Below, piece after piece: positions 19,315 through 29,512 of a stretch of DNA of 64,000 bases. The notes under the pieces are model-generated. The model was not told where the DNA came from. It saw nothing but the letters and a program-made list of their open reading frames with translations, and searched no databases. Position numbers and translations under genes: made by a program. Numbering within the stretch: the stretch's first letter is position 1; every line of letters starts with the position of its first letter. The stretch is from an uncultured Chloroflexia bacterium (GTDB lineage Bacteria > Chloroflexota > Limnocylindria > Limnocylindrales > CSP1-4): contig CAVVYR010000006.1 in assembly GCA_963752475.1 (NCBI GenBank), positions 384,001 through 448,000 on the forward strand, read 5' to 3'.

Positions 19315-21045
19315 CTAGTTCAGCTGGATGAGCGAACCATCCACATCCACGATTCCGCTCGACTTGAGCTTCACGCCGGCGCTGCCCTCGAGTTCCAGGT
19401 TGGCTCCCGCCTTGATGGCGATGTCCAGGTCGGACTCGATCTCGAGCTTGCCTCCCGAGGTGATGCTGATGGACCCATCGCTGTGCATCGTGATGGCGCT
19501 TTCGGACTGCTTGAGGGCGAAGCGCAGACTGTCGTCGCCGCTCAGCAGACACACGCCGGACCTGCTGCTCGAGTCCAGGAAGACGATGCGGTGGCCTTCT
19601 CTGGACACGAGGCCGCGCCGGGTGACCGCGCCGTTGTCGAAGAGATCGCCCCCACCGAGCCGCGGCTTGTCCTGTCCGTTGTACAACCCGCCGACGACGT
19701 ACGGGCGACGGACATCGCCGGCCTCGAAGACGACCAGCACCTCGTCGTTGACCTCCGGCAGGATCACGGCGCCCCGTTCGGGCCCCGCTCCGGCCTGTAC
19801 GACACGCGCCCAGTCGCTCTCGTAGTCGTCATCGAGCGAGGGGAACTTCAACTTGACGCGTCCAAGCTCCAGAGGGTCGGCGTTATCGGTCACGAGCGCG
19901 ACCATCACACCGTTGCGGCCCGGCTCCTGTACGCCGCCCGGCCCACCGCCTGCCCCGCTCGTGGCAAGGCCCAGCAGCGAGCGGTCCTGACGACCGGAGA
20001 CCAGGAACTCGGTACGGTAGCCCTCGTCATCGAAGACGTGCCGCGTGCGGGTCAGCGTATAGCGTCCGGCGAAGGCCTCAGCAACGCCGCTGACACTGAC
20101 CGCCACACCGGCCTTGAGCTCCGGGTGTCCATGGGCGGTGCCCTCGGCCTCGGCGAAGCTCGAGGCCAAGCGTTCAGCCTCAGCCGTGGCCGCGTCGTCG
20201 GCCGCCGTTTGCGCCGCAACGGGGCTGGCGGCCACGACGGAGCGACCGTTGCCGGCGACGCTCGCGAGTCGGTCGGGCTTGTCCTTCAGCTCGGCGCTGC
20301 GTGTGGCGGCTGGGGCAGTGCCGACGATGGGCTCCTTCTTCTCCACGTCCCAGCCACGTACTTCGACCTCACGCACCTGCTGGGCCGCGGTCACCCTCGG
20401 GTAGAAGCTGAGCAGGCTCGTGCCCATCACCAGCTGCAGCGGGTCGCTGGCGCGGTAGTCGCCCTCGCCGGGGGCCTCGGAGGCCTCGGGCGGCCGCTTG
20501 AAGTAGAACTTGCCATCCAGGACGCCCATGTCGAAACCGATCTCGCGGGCACGGGAGACGAGGAAATCCCAGTCGCTGAGATTGGCCTGAGAGATGTGCT
20601 CGTGCGTCGTGCCCGTCTCGTCGACCTGGCCTATCTCCACGCCGGCACGCTCTGCGATGGCGCGGCCGATGTCCGCATCTGTCACGTCGCGGTAGGTCTC
20701 CGTCCGCTTGCCGGCGACGAAGCGATGAGAGTGGTCGTAGCCACGAACGACGATGCGTGAGCCATCGAACTGGTACTCGCCCTCAAGCGCGGTGACCTCG
20801 CCGTTGATAAGCAGACCCTCGGAAGCCTCACCCGTCGGTGCACCAGAGATCCGCAGCACGCTGCCGATGCTGATGCGCGTCTTGGATAGCACGTCGCGGT
20901 CGGCGTCCCGGAAGGTGATGGCGAACATGTCAGGCAAATGGAGGTGGTCGTCGATGACCACGCGCTCCAGTGTCGGCAGCACCTCCTGCGCCAACGGCGT
21001 CCCGTCTACGGTGATGCTGGGTGCCGAGGAGAGGTCTCTGCTCAT
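19315..21045 (-). CDS. VgrG-like spike/hub (Afp8-like)
   Basis: SDWDFL..RA, DPLELGRVKLKFP, WARV, LPEVNDEVLV, YVVGGLYN. Confidence 0.93.
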   Translation of the reverse strand: MSRDLSSAPSITVDGTPLAQEVLPTLERVVIDDHLHLPDMFAITFRDADRDVLSKTRISIGSVLRISGAPTGEASEGLLINGEVTALEGEYQFDGSRIVVRGYDHSHRFVAGKRTETYRDVTDADIGRAIAERAGVEIGQVDETGTTHEHISQANLSDWDFLVSRAREIGFDMGVLDGKFYFKRPPEASEAPGEGDYRASDPLQLVMGTSLLSFYPRVTAAQQVREVEVRGWDVEKKEPIVGTAPAATRSAELKDKPDRLASVAGNGRSVVAASPVAAQTAADDAATAEAERLASSFAEAEGTAHGHPELKAGVAVSVSGVAEAFAGRYTLTRTRHVFDDEGYRTEFLVSGRQDRSLLGLATSGAGGGPGGVQEPGRNGVMVALVTDNADPLELGRVKLKFPSLDDDYESDWARVVQAGAGPERGAVILPEVNDEVLVVFEAGDVRRPYVVGGLYNGQDKPRLGGGDLFDNGAVTRRGLVSREGHRIVFLDSSSRSGVCLLSGDDSLRFALKQSESAITMHSDGSISITSGGKLEIESDLDIAIKAGANLELEGSAGVKLKSSGIVDVDGSLIQLN

Positions 21046-21055
21046 GCTCCACCTC

Positions 21056-21766
21056 TCACGACCCACCTCCGGCCAGCCGCACCGCCTCCGGGGTGGTGGG
21101 GATGAGCAACTCGCTTCCCGGCGACACGCGCATGGGGTCGTCGATGTCGTTGAAGACGGCGAGTCCGCGCCACAGTGCCGGTTGTCCGTACTCCTCGTAG
21201 GCGATCGACTGCAGCGTCTCCCCTTCGGTCACGACATGCGCTCGCCGACCCTCGCGGGAGCCGGAAGTTGGGTTCTGGCCCTGCGTCCCGGCGTCGTACT
21301 CCTCGAGCGTGATGTTGGCCGTGGCCCGGACGGGCGTGCCGTCGACACGGAACATCGTGTACTTGGCCTGCACGGACTTGAGGAAGCCCATGAACGACTG
21401 CAGCACCAGGTTCTTGCCCCACACGAAACGGAGTAGTGGCGGTCGCCCTCGCTTCTGGCGACGGGAGGACTCGGTCGGCTGGGTCCACGAGAGCAAGGTC
21501 CTGATGTCCCCAGAGACATCACCCCCTTGCTCCTCGAACGCGTCGAGGAAGATCTCCATGCTGATCGTCGTTGGGTCGCTGCCGGTGAACTCGGCCGGGC
21601 CTGCCGACTCCGCGCCTTGCGCCGCCGTTCGGCTCCACCGTGCGGACTTGCTCACGCTGTACTCGCTGGGGTTATAGCGGAACTTGAGGAACGTGGGGCG
21701 AGCGGTGCCCTCAACCACGGTCAAGCTCGCCTTGGGTAGCGTCGTGCCACTGATGCTCGGTCCCAT
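21056..21766 (-). CDS. CIS tube initiator with LysM domain (Afp7-like)
   Basis: YNPSEYS, PPLLRFVWG, GTPVRAT, C-terminal LysM (GETLQSIAYEEYG). Confidence 0.9.
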   Translation of the reverse strand: MGPSISGTTLPKASLTVVEGTARPTFLKFRYNPSEYSVSKSARWSRTAAQGAESAGPAEFTGSDPTTISMEIFLDAFEEQGGDVSGDIRTLLSWTQPTESSRRQKRGRPPLLRFVWGKNLVLQSFMGFLKSVQAKYTMFRVDGTPVRATANITLEEYDAGTQGQNPTSGSREGRRAHVVTEGETLQSIAYEEYGQPALWRGLAVFNDIDDPMRVSPGSELLIPTTPEAVRLAGGGS

Positions 21767-22191
21767 CAGCGTGGCTCCAGGAAGCCGTTGTGGGCCAGCT
21801 CGAGCGTCTCGGTGGCCACCTTGGCCGTGTCGATGTCGAGGTTCGGTCCGCTCCAGCGCACAGGGAACACGTCCATCAGGTCCCAGGCCGCGACCCGCGT
21901 GCCTTCCGGATCGAGTACGGCGATCTGGGCCGTTGCCCGCTTGCCGGCTGCCTCGACGCTCGCGACCCAACTCGCGACCGCGGCGGACGTAGCGTCGACC
22001 GGTCGGGTGAGCTTGATGTTCTGATACTTCGCTCGGCCGGGCAGCCGATGCACGAATTCGTTCAGCCCGCCCTCGCTGTACTCATGTACCTGGTACTCGA
22101 CTGTGAGGCCCTCGCACTTGGTCCAGTTGCCCAAGCTCGAGTGGCCGTCGATGGTGACCGTGAAACGCAGGCCGAGGGCCGGTTCAGCCAT
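21766..22191 (-). CDS. Tail tube protein, T4 gp19-like (Afp5-like)
   Basis: YSEGGLNEFVHRLPGRAKY, FPVRWSGP, ETLELAHNG. Confidence 0.92.
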   Translation of the reverse strand: MAEPALGLRFTVTIDGHSSLGNWTKCEGLTVEYQVHEYSEGGLNEFVHRLPGRAKYQNIKLTRPVDATSAAVASWVASVEAAGKRATAQIAVLDPEGTRVAAWDLMDVFPVRWSGPNLDIDTAKVATETLELAHNGFLEPR

Positions 22192-22202
22192 GTTCCCTCT
22201 CC

Positions 22203-24407
22203 CTACCGTGAGTCCACCAGGAAGCCACTGCGTTCGCGGTCCAGCAGCAGCTCGCGCCTGAGTCGATGGCGAAGCCGCTCGTACAGCCGCCGTGCCAGCT
22301 CCTCGAGATCCTCGTCGTCACCTGGCATCGCCGGGTCCGACGACGAGGCCGTGCCCGGGGTGGTGCTCTGAGCGTCGAGAGCGGCGGCCCGCTGTGGTCC
22401 CGGCGCCTTCTCGACGAGAGGGGTCGCCGGTAGTTCGAAGGAGTCGGAGCCCGCGGCCCCCGATGCTTCGACGGCGAGGGCCAGCTCCGTGGCCTGTCGG
22501 ACCTCGCTGTCGATGACGGTAGACACCCCTGTCCGCGCCTGTCGCCTCGCAGCACCAGCGACCGGCATGTCCCGGAACGAGGCACTGCGGGAGAGCTGCT
22601 CCACCAGCGACTCCGCGGACTGCGCTTCTTGTTCCAGTTGTTGCCCCGAACTCGTATGTTCGGCCGGGAGGCTGGCACCAAGACGACGCTGTTGCCCGAC
22701 GTGGACGAGCTCGTGGGCGAGAAGCGCCTGACCTCGCTGTCGGTCGAGCGGACCGTGGTGTTGCGGAAGGACGATGGTGTCACCCGACGTGAACGCATTG
22801 GCCTCAAGGCCCGCAGCCGCCTCGGCTGCTTCGGCTGAGCGGTCGATACGGACCCGGCCGGTAGGAGCACTTGGAGCGCGTTGCCCTGGCTCGGGCGTCG
22901 AAACAGCAGGACGTTCACGTGGAGCTCGTTGATGGATGGGCTCGGCCGTCCGACGCACCGATCGCTGCGCTCCAGCCCGTGGCCGACCCCGGACCGTGGC
23001 TCCCGCTGATTCGGTCGTGGCGGGCTCGGCGGGGGCACCCATGTGCGCCGCGGTTGGCAGTGGCACTGGCCGCGCTGGGTACGTGGGTGCGGCCGCATCG
23101 AGCGCCGTCGCGGCCCTGGATGTCGCCAGCGTGGGTGCGGCCACCTCCGCTGGCGGCGGCTCCCCGGCGGGTTGCTTCGCGGCCGGAGCGGCCTCGGTGC
23201 ACTCCGCCGACGACGGTGTTGCAAGTGTCCCTCCCTTGCTGTCCGCGCTCGAAGCCGGCGCAGCGATGGCTCGCTGCGGCGCGGTCTCCGGCTCCTCCGG
23301 TGTCCGTGTCGCCGGGCGCGACGGCATGCGCGATGGCGGCGAACCTGCCAACGGATCGCCCAGGCCTAGCGCGCTCGAAGCCGGCGCAGCGATGGCTCGC
23401 TGCGGCGCGGTCTCCGGCTCCTCCGGTGTCCGTGTCGCCGGGCGCGACGGCATGCGCGATGGCGGCGAACCTGCCAACGGATCGCCCAGGCCAAGTGTGC
23501 GTGTCGAGCGGGGAGCCGACCTGACCGTCCTGCGTGGGCGGCTTGCTGGTGATCCCTGCGTGGGCACGGAGCGACGAGCCAGGCCTGGGGCTGGCGCCAG
23601 GCTGCCGCCGGATGTCGATGCTGGTACCGCAGTCGGTGACTCCGGCCCGGGCCTGGGCGTGGTCGAGGTCGAAGTCGTGGTCGCGGATTCCCGCTCGGTC
23701 GTTGGTCTCCCGTCAGGCTCCTCGGACCCCGGAGCTGGTGTCGATTGTCGGCGGTCGAGCTCGATACGGCCCGGTGGTGGCGCCCCTTCAACGATGCCCG
23801 AGCGTTGCGGCAACGGGACGACCGTCATCGACTGATGTGATCGCCTGGGCTCTGGAAGGCTCGTTCGTTGCGGCGTAGTCGCAGTAGGCGCGACGTGGTT
23901 TGGCGCACTCACGCCGGGCAGGGGACGCGGCTCGAGCTGAGCGGTCGGCTCGGTGGGAGCCGAGGTCGGGCGATGGGGGCGCACCGCTGCCGTGCTGCGG
24001 CCGGTCGCACTCGCTTCGCGCGGGAGACCCGGGCCCTGGACGGAGAAGTCATCGGCCGTCGTCGATCGCGCTGAGCGCTGGCGCCGAAGGGGCCAGTCGG
24101 TACGGCCATCGAGGGTGCCATGTGGGACTGCTGCCGAGTTCCCTAGAGGGATGACCCGCTGTGCCATCGGTGTCAGGTACCTGGCGCTCTCAACGCGATC
24201 GAGGACCGGTGGCAGTCCCGGGTGACTGCTCAGTCGCTGACCGAAGGCTGGGTCTGCGGTGAGCTCCGGCGGACCACTGAGGCCGCCGGTGGGCGCGACG
24301 TCGCGCCACTCCGAACGCGGCGCCGGAACGGCGGCCGGCTTCTTCTGGGCGACCCGGGCGGTTGGAGACGACCGCTCATCCTTGCGCCATGGCCATCGAA
24401 GGCGCAC
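22203..24407 (-). CDS. Long Pro/Ala-rich DUF4157 protein at the tape-measure position
   Basis: ANAFT...LLAHELVHVGQQ...LEQEA; C-terminal DLEELARRLY...ELLLDRERSG; many xQR motifs. Confidence 0.8.
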   Translation of the reverse strand: MRLRWPWRKDERSSPTARVAQKKPAAVPAPRSEWRDVAPTGGLSGPPELTADPAFGQRLSSHPGLPPVLDRVESARYLTPMAQRVIPLGNSAAVPHGTLDGRTDWPLRRQRSARSTTADDFSVQGPGLPREASATGRSTAAVRPHRPTSAPTEPTAQLEPRPLPGVSAPNHVAPTATTPQRTSLPEPRRSHQSMTVVPLPQRSGIVEGAPPPGRIELDRRQSTPAPGSEEPDGRPTTERESATTTSTSTTPRPGPESPTAVPASTSGGSLAPAPGLARRSVPTQGSPASRPRRTVRSAPRSTRTLGLGDPLAGSPPSRMPSRPATRTPEEPETAPQRAIAAPASSALGLGDPLAGSPPSRMPSRPATRTPEEPETAPQRAIAAPASSADSKGGTLATPSSAECTEAAPAAKQPAGEPPPAEVAAPTLATSRAATALDAAAPTYPARPVPLPTAAHMGAPAEPATTESAGATVRGRPRAGAQRSVRRTAEPIHQRAPRERPAVSTPEPGQRAPSAPTGRVRIDRSAEAAEAAAGLEANAFTSGDTIVLPQHHGPLDRQRGQALLAHELVHVGQQRRLGASLPAEHTSSGQQLEQEAQSAESLVEQLSRSASFRDMPVAGAARRQARTGVSTVIDSEVRQATELALAVEASGAAGSDSFELPATPLVEKAPGPQRAAALDAQSTTPGTASSSDPAMPGDDEDLEELARRLYERLRHRLRRELLLDRERSGFLVDSR
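23244..23492. repeat. 126-bp in-frame tandem duplication
   Basis: 23244..23366 equals 23370..23492. Confidence 0.9.
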
Positions 24408-24410
24408 GGG

Positions 24411-24569
24411 CTAGGCCTCCTCTGAGATGCGACGATTGATCTGGGCGATCTCCTCGACGAAGCGCTGTCTGTCCGGGTGCTCCAGATCGAGGACCTCTTC
24501 GAGCGACCAGTGCATGTGGTACGAGACGTACGCGATCTCCTCGAAGAGTCGGTCGGTCGCGTACGTCAC
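24411..24569 (-). CDS. DUF6760-like small eCIS protein
   Basis: LFEEIAYVSYHMHWSLEEVLDLEHPDRQRFVEEI; GTG start overlapping upstream stop. Confidence 0.85.
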   Translation of the reverse strand: MTYATDRLFEEIAYVSYHMHWSLEEVLDLEHPDRQRFVEEIAQINRRISEEA

Positions 24570-24994
24570 GATTCCCCCTGGCGTTCTCCCGCGAGGTCGA
24601 TCGTGACCTCGGCACGACACGACGGGCAGGTCACCGCCAACTCGCTCGTGCCGTCCTGGTTGATGCGGCGGTAGAGGTCCTGCAGGAAGGCCAGGTCGGA
24701 GGCGAACATCGACTCGACCACGCCGGGCGTGATGGCCGGCACGCTGCCCAGACGCGTGATGACACGCGACAGCAGCAGGACCGTGAGGTACGACTCGTTC
24801 TCCCGCACGCGAGGGTCGCGCTGGGGAATGATCTCGTCCTTGGCCGTGGCCAGACGCATGACGCCCGAGCGGTGGACCGTGCCGTTCTCGTCGACGTAGC
24901 CCCGGGGGAGCACGAACGAGAACTCCGTGCGGAGGCCTTGCTGTTGGGCCTCCGCGCCGGCGCCGGGCACCATGGTCTGCAGGGCGCTCGTCAC
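24566..24994 (-). CDS. eCIS tail assembly chaperone-like protein
   Basis: TEFSFVLPRGYVD, MRLATAKDE, DLAFLQDLYRRIN, CPSC. Confidence 0.85.
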   Translation of the reverse strand: MTSALQTMVPGAGAEAQQQGLRTEFSFVLPRGYVDENGTVHRSGVMRLATAKDEIIPQRDPRVRENESYLTVLLLSRVITRLGSVPAITPGVVESMFASDLAFLQDLYRRINQDGTSELAVTCPSCRAEVTIDLAGERQGES

Positions 24995-25449
24995 GAGACG
25001 CGCTCCATCTGCTCACAGACGATCGTGACCTCTTCCATGAGTACCTCATTGGATCCCGACTTCAGCGAGCTAGTGGTGAGCTTGCTGACCCAGGCGCCGT
25101 AGAAGTTGTAGCGAGAGACCTCTCCCCCCTCGAAGTCCTTGAGGACCACCGAACCCTCCTTGCGCGCGTCCTGCACGCGGCCGTCGAGCATGGCCTTGTG
25201 CCAGTCCCACAGATCCTTGGACGAGTTCTTGGCTCGCTTGAGCGTGATGGTCGGTGGCTTGGGTGCTCCTGGCAGCTTGTGGATGATGGGTTTGCCGTCG
25301 GAAGTGTTCTCCTTGAGCTCGACCACATCGACCTCGGAAGTGAGGCCGCTGACCTCGGAGAACTGGGCGATCTCGATCGAGCCGATCTCGATCGAGAAGT
25401 GCTGCGCAACGAGTGCGTCGGTCGGCAGGTTCGGTAGTCCTTTGCCCAT
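24991..25449 (-). CDS. Tail tube protein, T4 gp19-like (Afp1-like)
   Basis: FSEVSGL, KLPG, ITLKR, LWDW, RYNFYGAW. Confidence 0.92.
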   Translation of the reverse strand: MGKGLPNLPTDALVAQHFSIEIGSIEIAQFSEVSGLTSEVDVVELKENTSDGKPIIHKLPGAPKPPTITLKRAKNSSKDLWDWHKAMLDGRVQDARKEGSVVLKDFEGGEVSRYNFYGAWVSKLTTSSLKSGSNEVLMEEVTIVCEQMERVS

Positions 25450-25501
25450 CTGGTGTGGCTCCTTTCAATCGCGTCGTCCGGGTGTGAGGAGAAGGGCGGT
25501 C

Positions 25502-27025
25502 TCACTCCGAGAGTTCAGCACCGCCCGAGTACTGGGCGATCCGGAAGACCACGAACTCTGCGGGCTTGACCGGTGCCACGCCGATCTCGACGATCAACTG
25601 CCCAGCGTCGACGACATCGGGCGGGTTCGTCTCCTCATCGCACTTGACGAAGAACGCCTCTTCGGGCGAGGCGCCGAACAGGGCCCCATCGCGCCATGTG
25701 CGGGTCAGGAAGGCGTTGATCGTCCGCTTGACGCGCATCCACAGGTCGAGGTCGTTCGGTTCGAAGACGACCCACTGGGTGCCCTCCAGGATCGACTCCT
25801 CGATGTAGTTGAAGAGCCGACGAACGTTGAGGTAGCGCCAGGCCGGATCGCTCGACAGCGTACGCGCACCCCAGACGCGGATGCCGCGTCCAGGGAAGGC
25901 CCGGATGCAGTTGATGCCGTCGGGGTTGAGCTGATCGTGCTCGCCCTTGGTGATGTTGATCTCGAGGCCCAGTGCTCCGCGCAGGATCTCGTTGGCCGGT
26001 GCCTTGTGAACGCCGCGCTCCTCGTCACTGCGCGCCCAGACGCCGGCGATATGGCCGCTCGGGGGAACGAACCGGGCCTGTCCGGCGACCGGGTCGAAGA
26101 CCTTGATCCAGGGCCAGTAGAGCGTGGCGTACTTGCTGTCGTAGCCGACCTTGTCGGTGCGCCACTCGCTGATCTGCTGAGCGTTGAGGCCTGGTGGTGC
26201 GTCAAGGACCGCCACTCGGTCTCCCATCAACTCGCAATGGGCAAGCATCGCCGTTTGCACAGCTTGCAGGCCCTCGAGGTCGATCTGACCGGCCTGGTAC
26301 ACAGCCATCAGGTCGGGTAAGGAGAGCATCGTCACCGCGTCCACTGCCTCCAGACCGGAGAAGCCAGTGCGATCCGCGGAATCCCCCACGTAGTCATCTG
26401 GCGTCAGCGTCGCCGGTCTCGCGACTTCCGAGCCGCCCAGCGCCTGAACGCCCTTGGCTGGGGCACGTTCGAGGCTGGCTGGGCCGACCTCTGTGATCAT
26501 GATGAGCTTCGACTCGGCCTTGACCTTGGTCACGACCGATTCCTTGCCCTTCCTGATGGTGACGTTGTCGTAGATCTCGTCAGGCTTGCCTGGCGCGCGC
26601 ACGACCAGTTTGAACGCGTCCTCCGATGGCTCGCTGGCGTCGCTGACCTCCACACGGATCTGGTTGCCCGCGGTCCCTGCCTCAAGGGCGGTGACACGGT
26701 AACCCGCGACCGACTTGTCCTTGGCCGTTGGCAGCTCGGCCCTGGCGGCCGTCGGGGGTTGCTCGCCGCCGACACGCACGACATAACAGCTACCGCCGCC
26801 ATTGAGGAAGTAGCCATACACGGCGTGTGCGAGGTACGTCCCGTCCATGAACTCGCCGAACGTCTGCGTGAACTGGCTCCAATTGGCGATGAGCATGGGC
26901 TCGTTGACCGGGCCGTCCTCGGCGAGCCCGACGAAGGCCGCTACCGACGTGCCCACACCCTCGATGGGCCGCGCGCCGGCTTCGACCTCTTCGACGTAGA
27001 CCCCAGGTGACAGGTACGTCGGCAT
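25502..27025 (-). CDS. Contractile tail sheath (Afp2/3/4-like)
   Basis: MPTYLSPGVYVEE, RGVHKAPAN, VWGARTLS, WRYLNVRR, PVKPAEFVVFRI. Confidence 0.97.
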   Translation of the reverse strand: MPTYLSPGVYVEEVEAGARPIEGVGTSVAAFVGLAEDGPVNEPMLIANWSQFTQTFGEFMDGTYLAHAVYGYFLNGGGSCYVVRVGGEQPPTAARAELPTAKDKSVAGYRVTALEAGTAGNQIRVEVSDASEPSEDAFKLVVRAPGKPDEIYDNVTIRKGKESVVTKVKAESKLIMITEVGPASLERAPAKGVQALGGSEVARPATLTPDDYVGDSADRTGFSGLEAVDAVTMLSLPDLMAVYQAGQIDLEGLQAVQTAMLAHCELMGDRVAVLDAPPGLNAQQISEWRTDKVGYDSKYATLYWPWIKVFDPVAGQARFVPPSGHIAGVWARSDEERGVHKAPANEILRGALGLEINITKGEHDQLNPDGINCIRAFPGRGIRVWGARTLSSDPAWRYLNVRRLFNYIEESILEGTQWVVFEPNDLDLWMRVKRTINAFLTRTWRDGALFGASPEEAFFVKCDEETNPPDVVDAGQLIVEIGVAPVKPAEFVVFRIAQYSGGAELSE

Positions 27026-27130
27026 CCCTACGATCCTCCAACTCAGACATGCCCGCTGAGACGGGCACTTGTCGGCTCTCAGGCTCGCAGCCTTGCCCTG
27101 CGACGCCTAGGGACGAGGGGGCGACCAGCG

Positions 27131-27148
27131 GGGCACGGCAGGTTGCCC
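27131..27148. promoter_or_regulatory. GGGCA-N8-TGCCC site upstream of sheath operon
   Basis: GGGCACGGCAGGTTGCCC (perfect arms). Confidence 0.6.
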
Positions 27149-27220
27149 GATGAGGTAGCAGGCGACTGGACGAGGCTCGCTATGCTGGTCGTACCTTTCT
27201 GCGCAAGTGGGGCAGGGACC

Positions 27221-29494
27221 ATGGACGACCGTATCGTCCCGCGCGCGGCGCGGGCTCGACGACCGTGGCGAACGGTGCGGGTGATGGCGGCGCTAGGGCC
27301 CATCCTCGCCCTGGCTCTCACGACCGCCGGCAGCTATGAAGTCACCGCCAAGGAAGACGGACCAAGGCTGCTCTACCTTCCGATGCGCTGGTGCGTGCTC
27401 GAGGGGAGTCAGGCCTCCAAACGCAATCCTGACGGGGCCGTGCTCGAACGGATCCGCCGGGCGAGCAGCATCCTCGCGCCCAGGGCTGGGATCACCCTGC
27501 GCAGCGCCATCAACAACTCCCTCGGCGATTCGCTTGGCTTCCCCGTGATCAAGGACCCGCGCAAACGTCCGGGTCGCCCTGGTGACGTCCGCACGCCGGT
27601 GGAGTCGAGCGGTGAGTACGAACTCGTCGTCTCGGCCTGTGAGCAGGCTTGGCAGCGGATGGAACGGCTGGCTGGGAAACAAGTCTCCTTCGGCGGGCTG
27701 GCGAAGGGCCCGATCGCAGTGATCATCCGTGACTTCGTGAACGGGAACGGGACGCCGGTGGGCAACGTCTGGGGCTACGCCAGGGCCGCTCGCGTCGATC
27801 GGGACTACTGCAATGCCAGGCTGGCACCGGTCAGGCACGCTACCGGTGGGAGCCTGCTCGTGGTCGACTCTCGAGATGGCCATCCCAGTCGTATCCTCGA
27901 CCGCCGGCTCGTGGCACATGAGATCGGGCACATCCTTCTTCTCGGTCACGGCAACGGCCTCGACGACCTCGGCTCGCAGCCGAACAGGATCGACAAATGG
28001 TGTGATGCGACGGAGAACCCGGACATCGTGCCCGGTTCGCTCATGACCTACACGCTGAGCTACGAGAACATGGAGCCGTGGCAGCAACGGCTACCGCGCC
28101 ACGTGGTCTCCAAGCATCCGGCCGGAGTCGGTGCCGTCCCCTTCCTGCAGCCGCGAGTCCGGCAGAAGCGGGTGAAGCAACTGCAACGAATCGCCAACGG
28201 CGGTTCACGTATCGTCCGGCGGCTCGTGCCGCCGACTCGCCCACCGCTCACGCCGCTCCCCAGGCTGTGGTCGGCCGGGGTCCGCGGTGATGACTTTGCC
28301 GACCGCCCACGTGACATGAAGACACCAGGCGGGAAGCGCTTGCCGTCGACGATGGATTTGGATCGGCTGACGGTGACACGGGATGTCGACAACGGCGACG
28401 TCAGTCTGGCGGTCTCGCCGCGGACGATGACCCGTGCTGCGATCGCGACTGGAGGCGCCGAACGCAAGGAGGAGAAGGTCGCGCGCAAGGAGGAGCAGTT
28501 GGTCGCGGTCTTCCTCGACGCGGACGGCGATCCCAAGACCGGCGGTCCGCTGTCGACGATCCCTGGAAACCCCGTGCCCGAGTTGGATGGCGTGACTGGT
28601 ATCGAGCTGCTCAGCATCGTTCGAGCGGTCGACGGTGAGGTCATCGCGCAGGCGTGGCGCTGGGATGATGAGACCGACTCTTGGCAAGAGATCGTGCCGC
28701 CGCCGCTGGCGGAGGTGACGGTCCGCATCGACGAAGAGGAACACGGACCGAGCAAGCAGAAGCCTGAGCCAGGCGCCAGTGGTCAAGCGCCGATGCCCGA
28801 CACCTTCGTGGTGAGCATCCCGAGCGGCGTGGTCGAACTCGGCGAGAGCTACCGGACCGGAGCGCTCCTGCGCACCACGAAGCCGAACGGACGCACGTAC
28901 GTCGACATGGTTCCCACCGATCCCGCGGCTGAGCTCGTAGCCATGAGTGCCGGCGACGTCGAATATCCGGTCTGTGCCGTGAACCGCGACACGGAGGTAC
29001 CAGGCACCGCGCAGCTGGGCGACCTGGTCACGCTCGAGGTCGACGGCTTCAAGAAGGGCGGCCCGCTCACCGTCTGGCTCGGCGACCAGGAGAAGCCGGT
29101 GGCCCGGCTCGACTACCAGGACATGCCCTGCGACTGGCCCTGGGTCGGCGAGTTCAAGCTGCCGAAGGAGCTTGCCCCATACACCGACGAGACAGCCGAG
29201 TCAGAGGAAGACGAGCCGCGCGATGGCGCGGCCACTTCGGAGTCCGATGGATCGACGCCGGAGCCGTCACCACCTGCGGCGGTCGGCACTGAGGCGTCTG
29301 GCGATGGCCTCTACATGCTCCAGGTGGTGCTGGACGGCACCGGCCTTACCGCCGACTGCCCGGTCGTCATCGGTGAACCGGAGATGCCCGAGTGGTTCGC
29401 GGAGGACGACGAGGAAGCCGCCGGTGAGATCGATGAGGCATCCGGCGCTGACGCGGTGTCGCTAGCTGACAGCGGGGAGGATGACGAGGGGTAG
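27221..29494 (+). CDS. Exported metzincin-like zinc metalloprotease with beta-rich and acidic C-terminus
   Basis: Signal-like N-terminus; HEIGHILLLGH and SLM Met-turn. Confidence 0.7.
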   Translation: MDDRIVPRAARARRPWRTVRVMAALGPILALALTTAGSYEVTAKEDGPRLLYLPMRWCVLEGSQASKRNPDGAVLERIRRASSILAPRAGITLRSAINNSLGDSLGFPVIKDPRKRPGRPGDVRTPVESSGEYELVVSACEQAWQRMERLAGKQVSFGGLAKGPIAVIIRDFVNGNGTPVGNVWGYARAARVDRDYCNARLAPVRHATGGSLLVVDSRDGHPSRILDRRLVAHEIGHILLLGHGNGLDDLGSQPNRIDKWCDATENPDIVPGSLMTYTLSYENMEPWQQRLPRHVVSKHPAGVGAVPFLQPRVRQKRVKQLQRIANGGSRIVRRLVPPTRPPLTPLPRLWSAGVRGDDFADRPRDMKTPGGKRLPSTMDLDRLTVTRDVDNGDVSLAVSPRTMTRAAIATGGAERKEEKVARKEEQLVAVFLDADGDPKTGGPLSTIPGNPVPELDGVTGIELLSIVRAVDGEVIAQAWRWDDETDSWQEIVPPPLAEVTVRIDEEEHGPSKQKPEPGASGQAPMPDTFVVSIPSGVVELGESYRTGALLRTTKPNGRTYVDMVPTDPAAELVAMSAGDVEYPVCAVNRDTEVPGTAQLGDLVTLEVDGFKKGGPLTVWLGDQEKPVARLDYQDMPCDWPWVGEFKLPKELAPYTDETAESEEDEPRDGAATSESDGSTPEPSPPAAVGTEASGDGLYMLQVVLDGTGLTADCPVVIGEPEMPEWFAEDDEEAAGEIDEASGADAVSLADSGEDDEG

Positions 29495-29512
29495 TCCCGC
29501 TGCCGGCTGGCG

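Noticed and set aside
18934-20760. Long antisense ORFs (e.g. 608 aa opposite vgrG, 457 aa opposite holA)
   Set aside because: Typical high-GC shadow frames opposite well-supported genes.
14867-27025. Prophage or T6SS
   Set aside because: No capsid, portal, terminase or integrase; no TssJLM/ClpV; DUF4255, Afp15-type ATPase and DUF4157 indicate eCIS.
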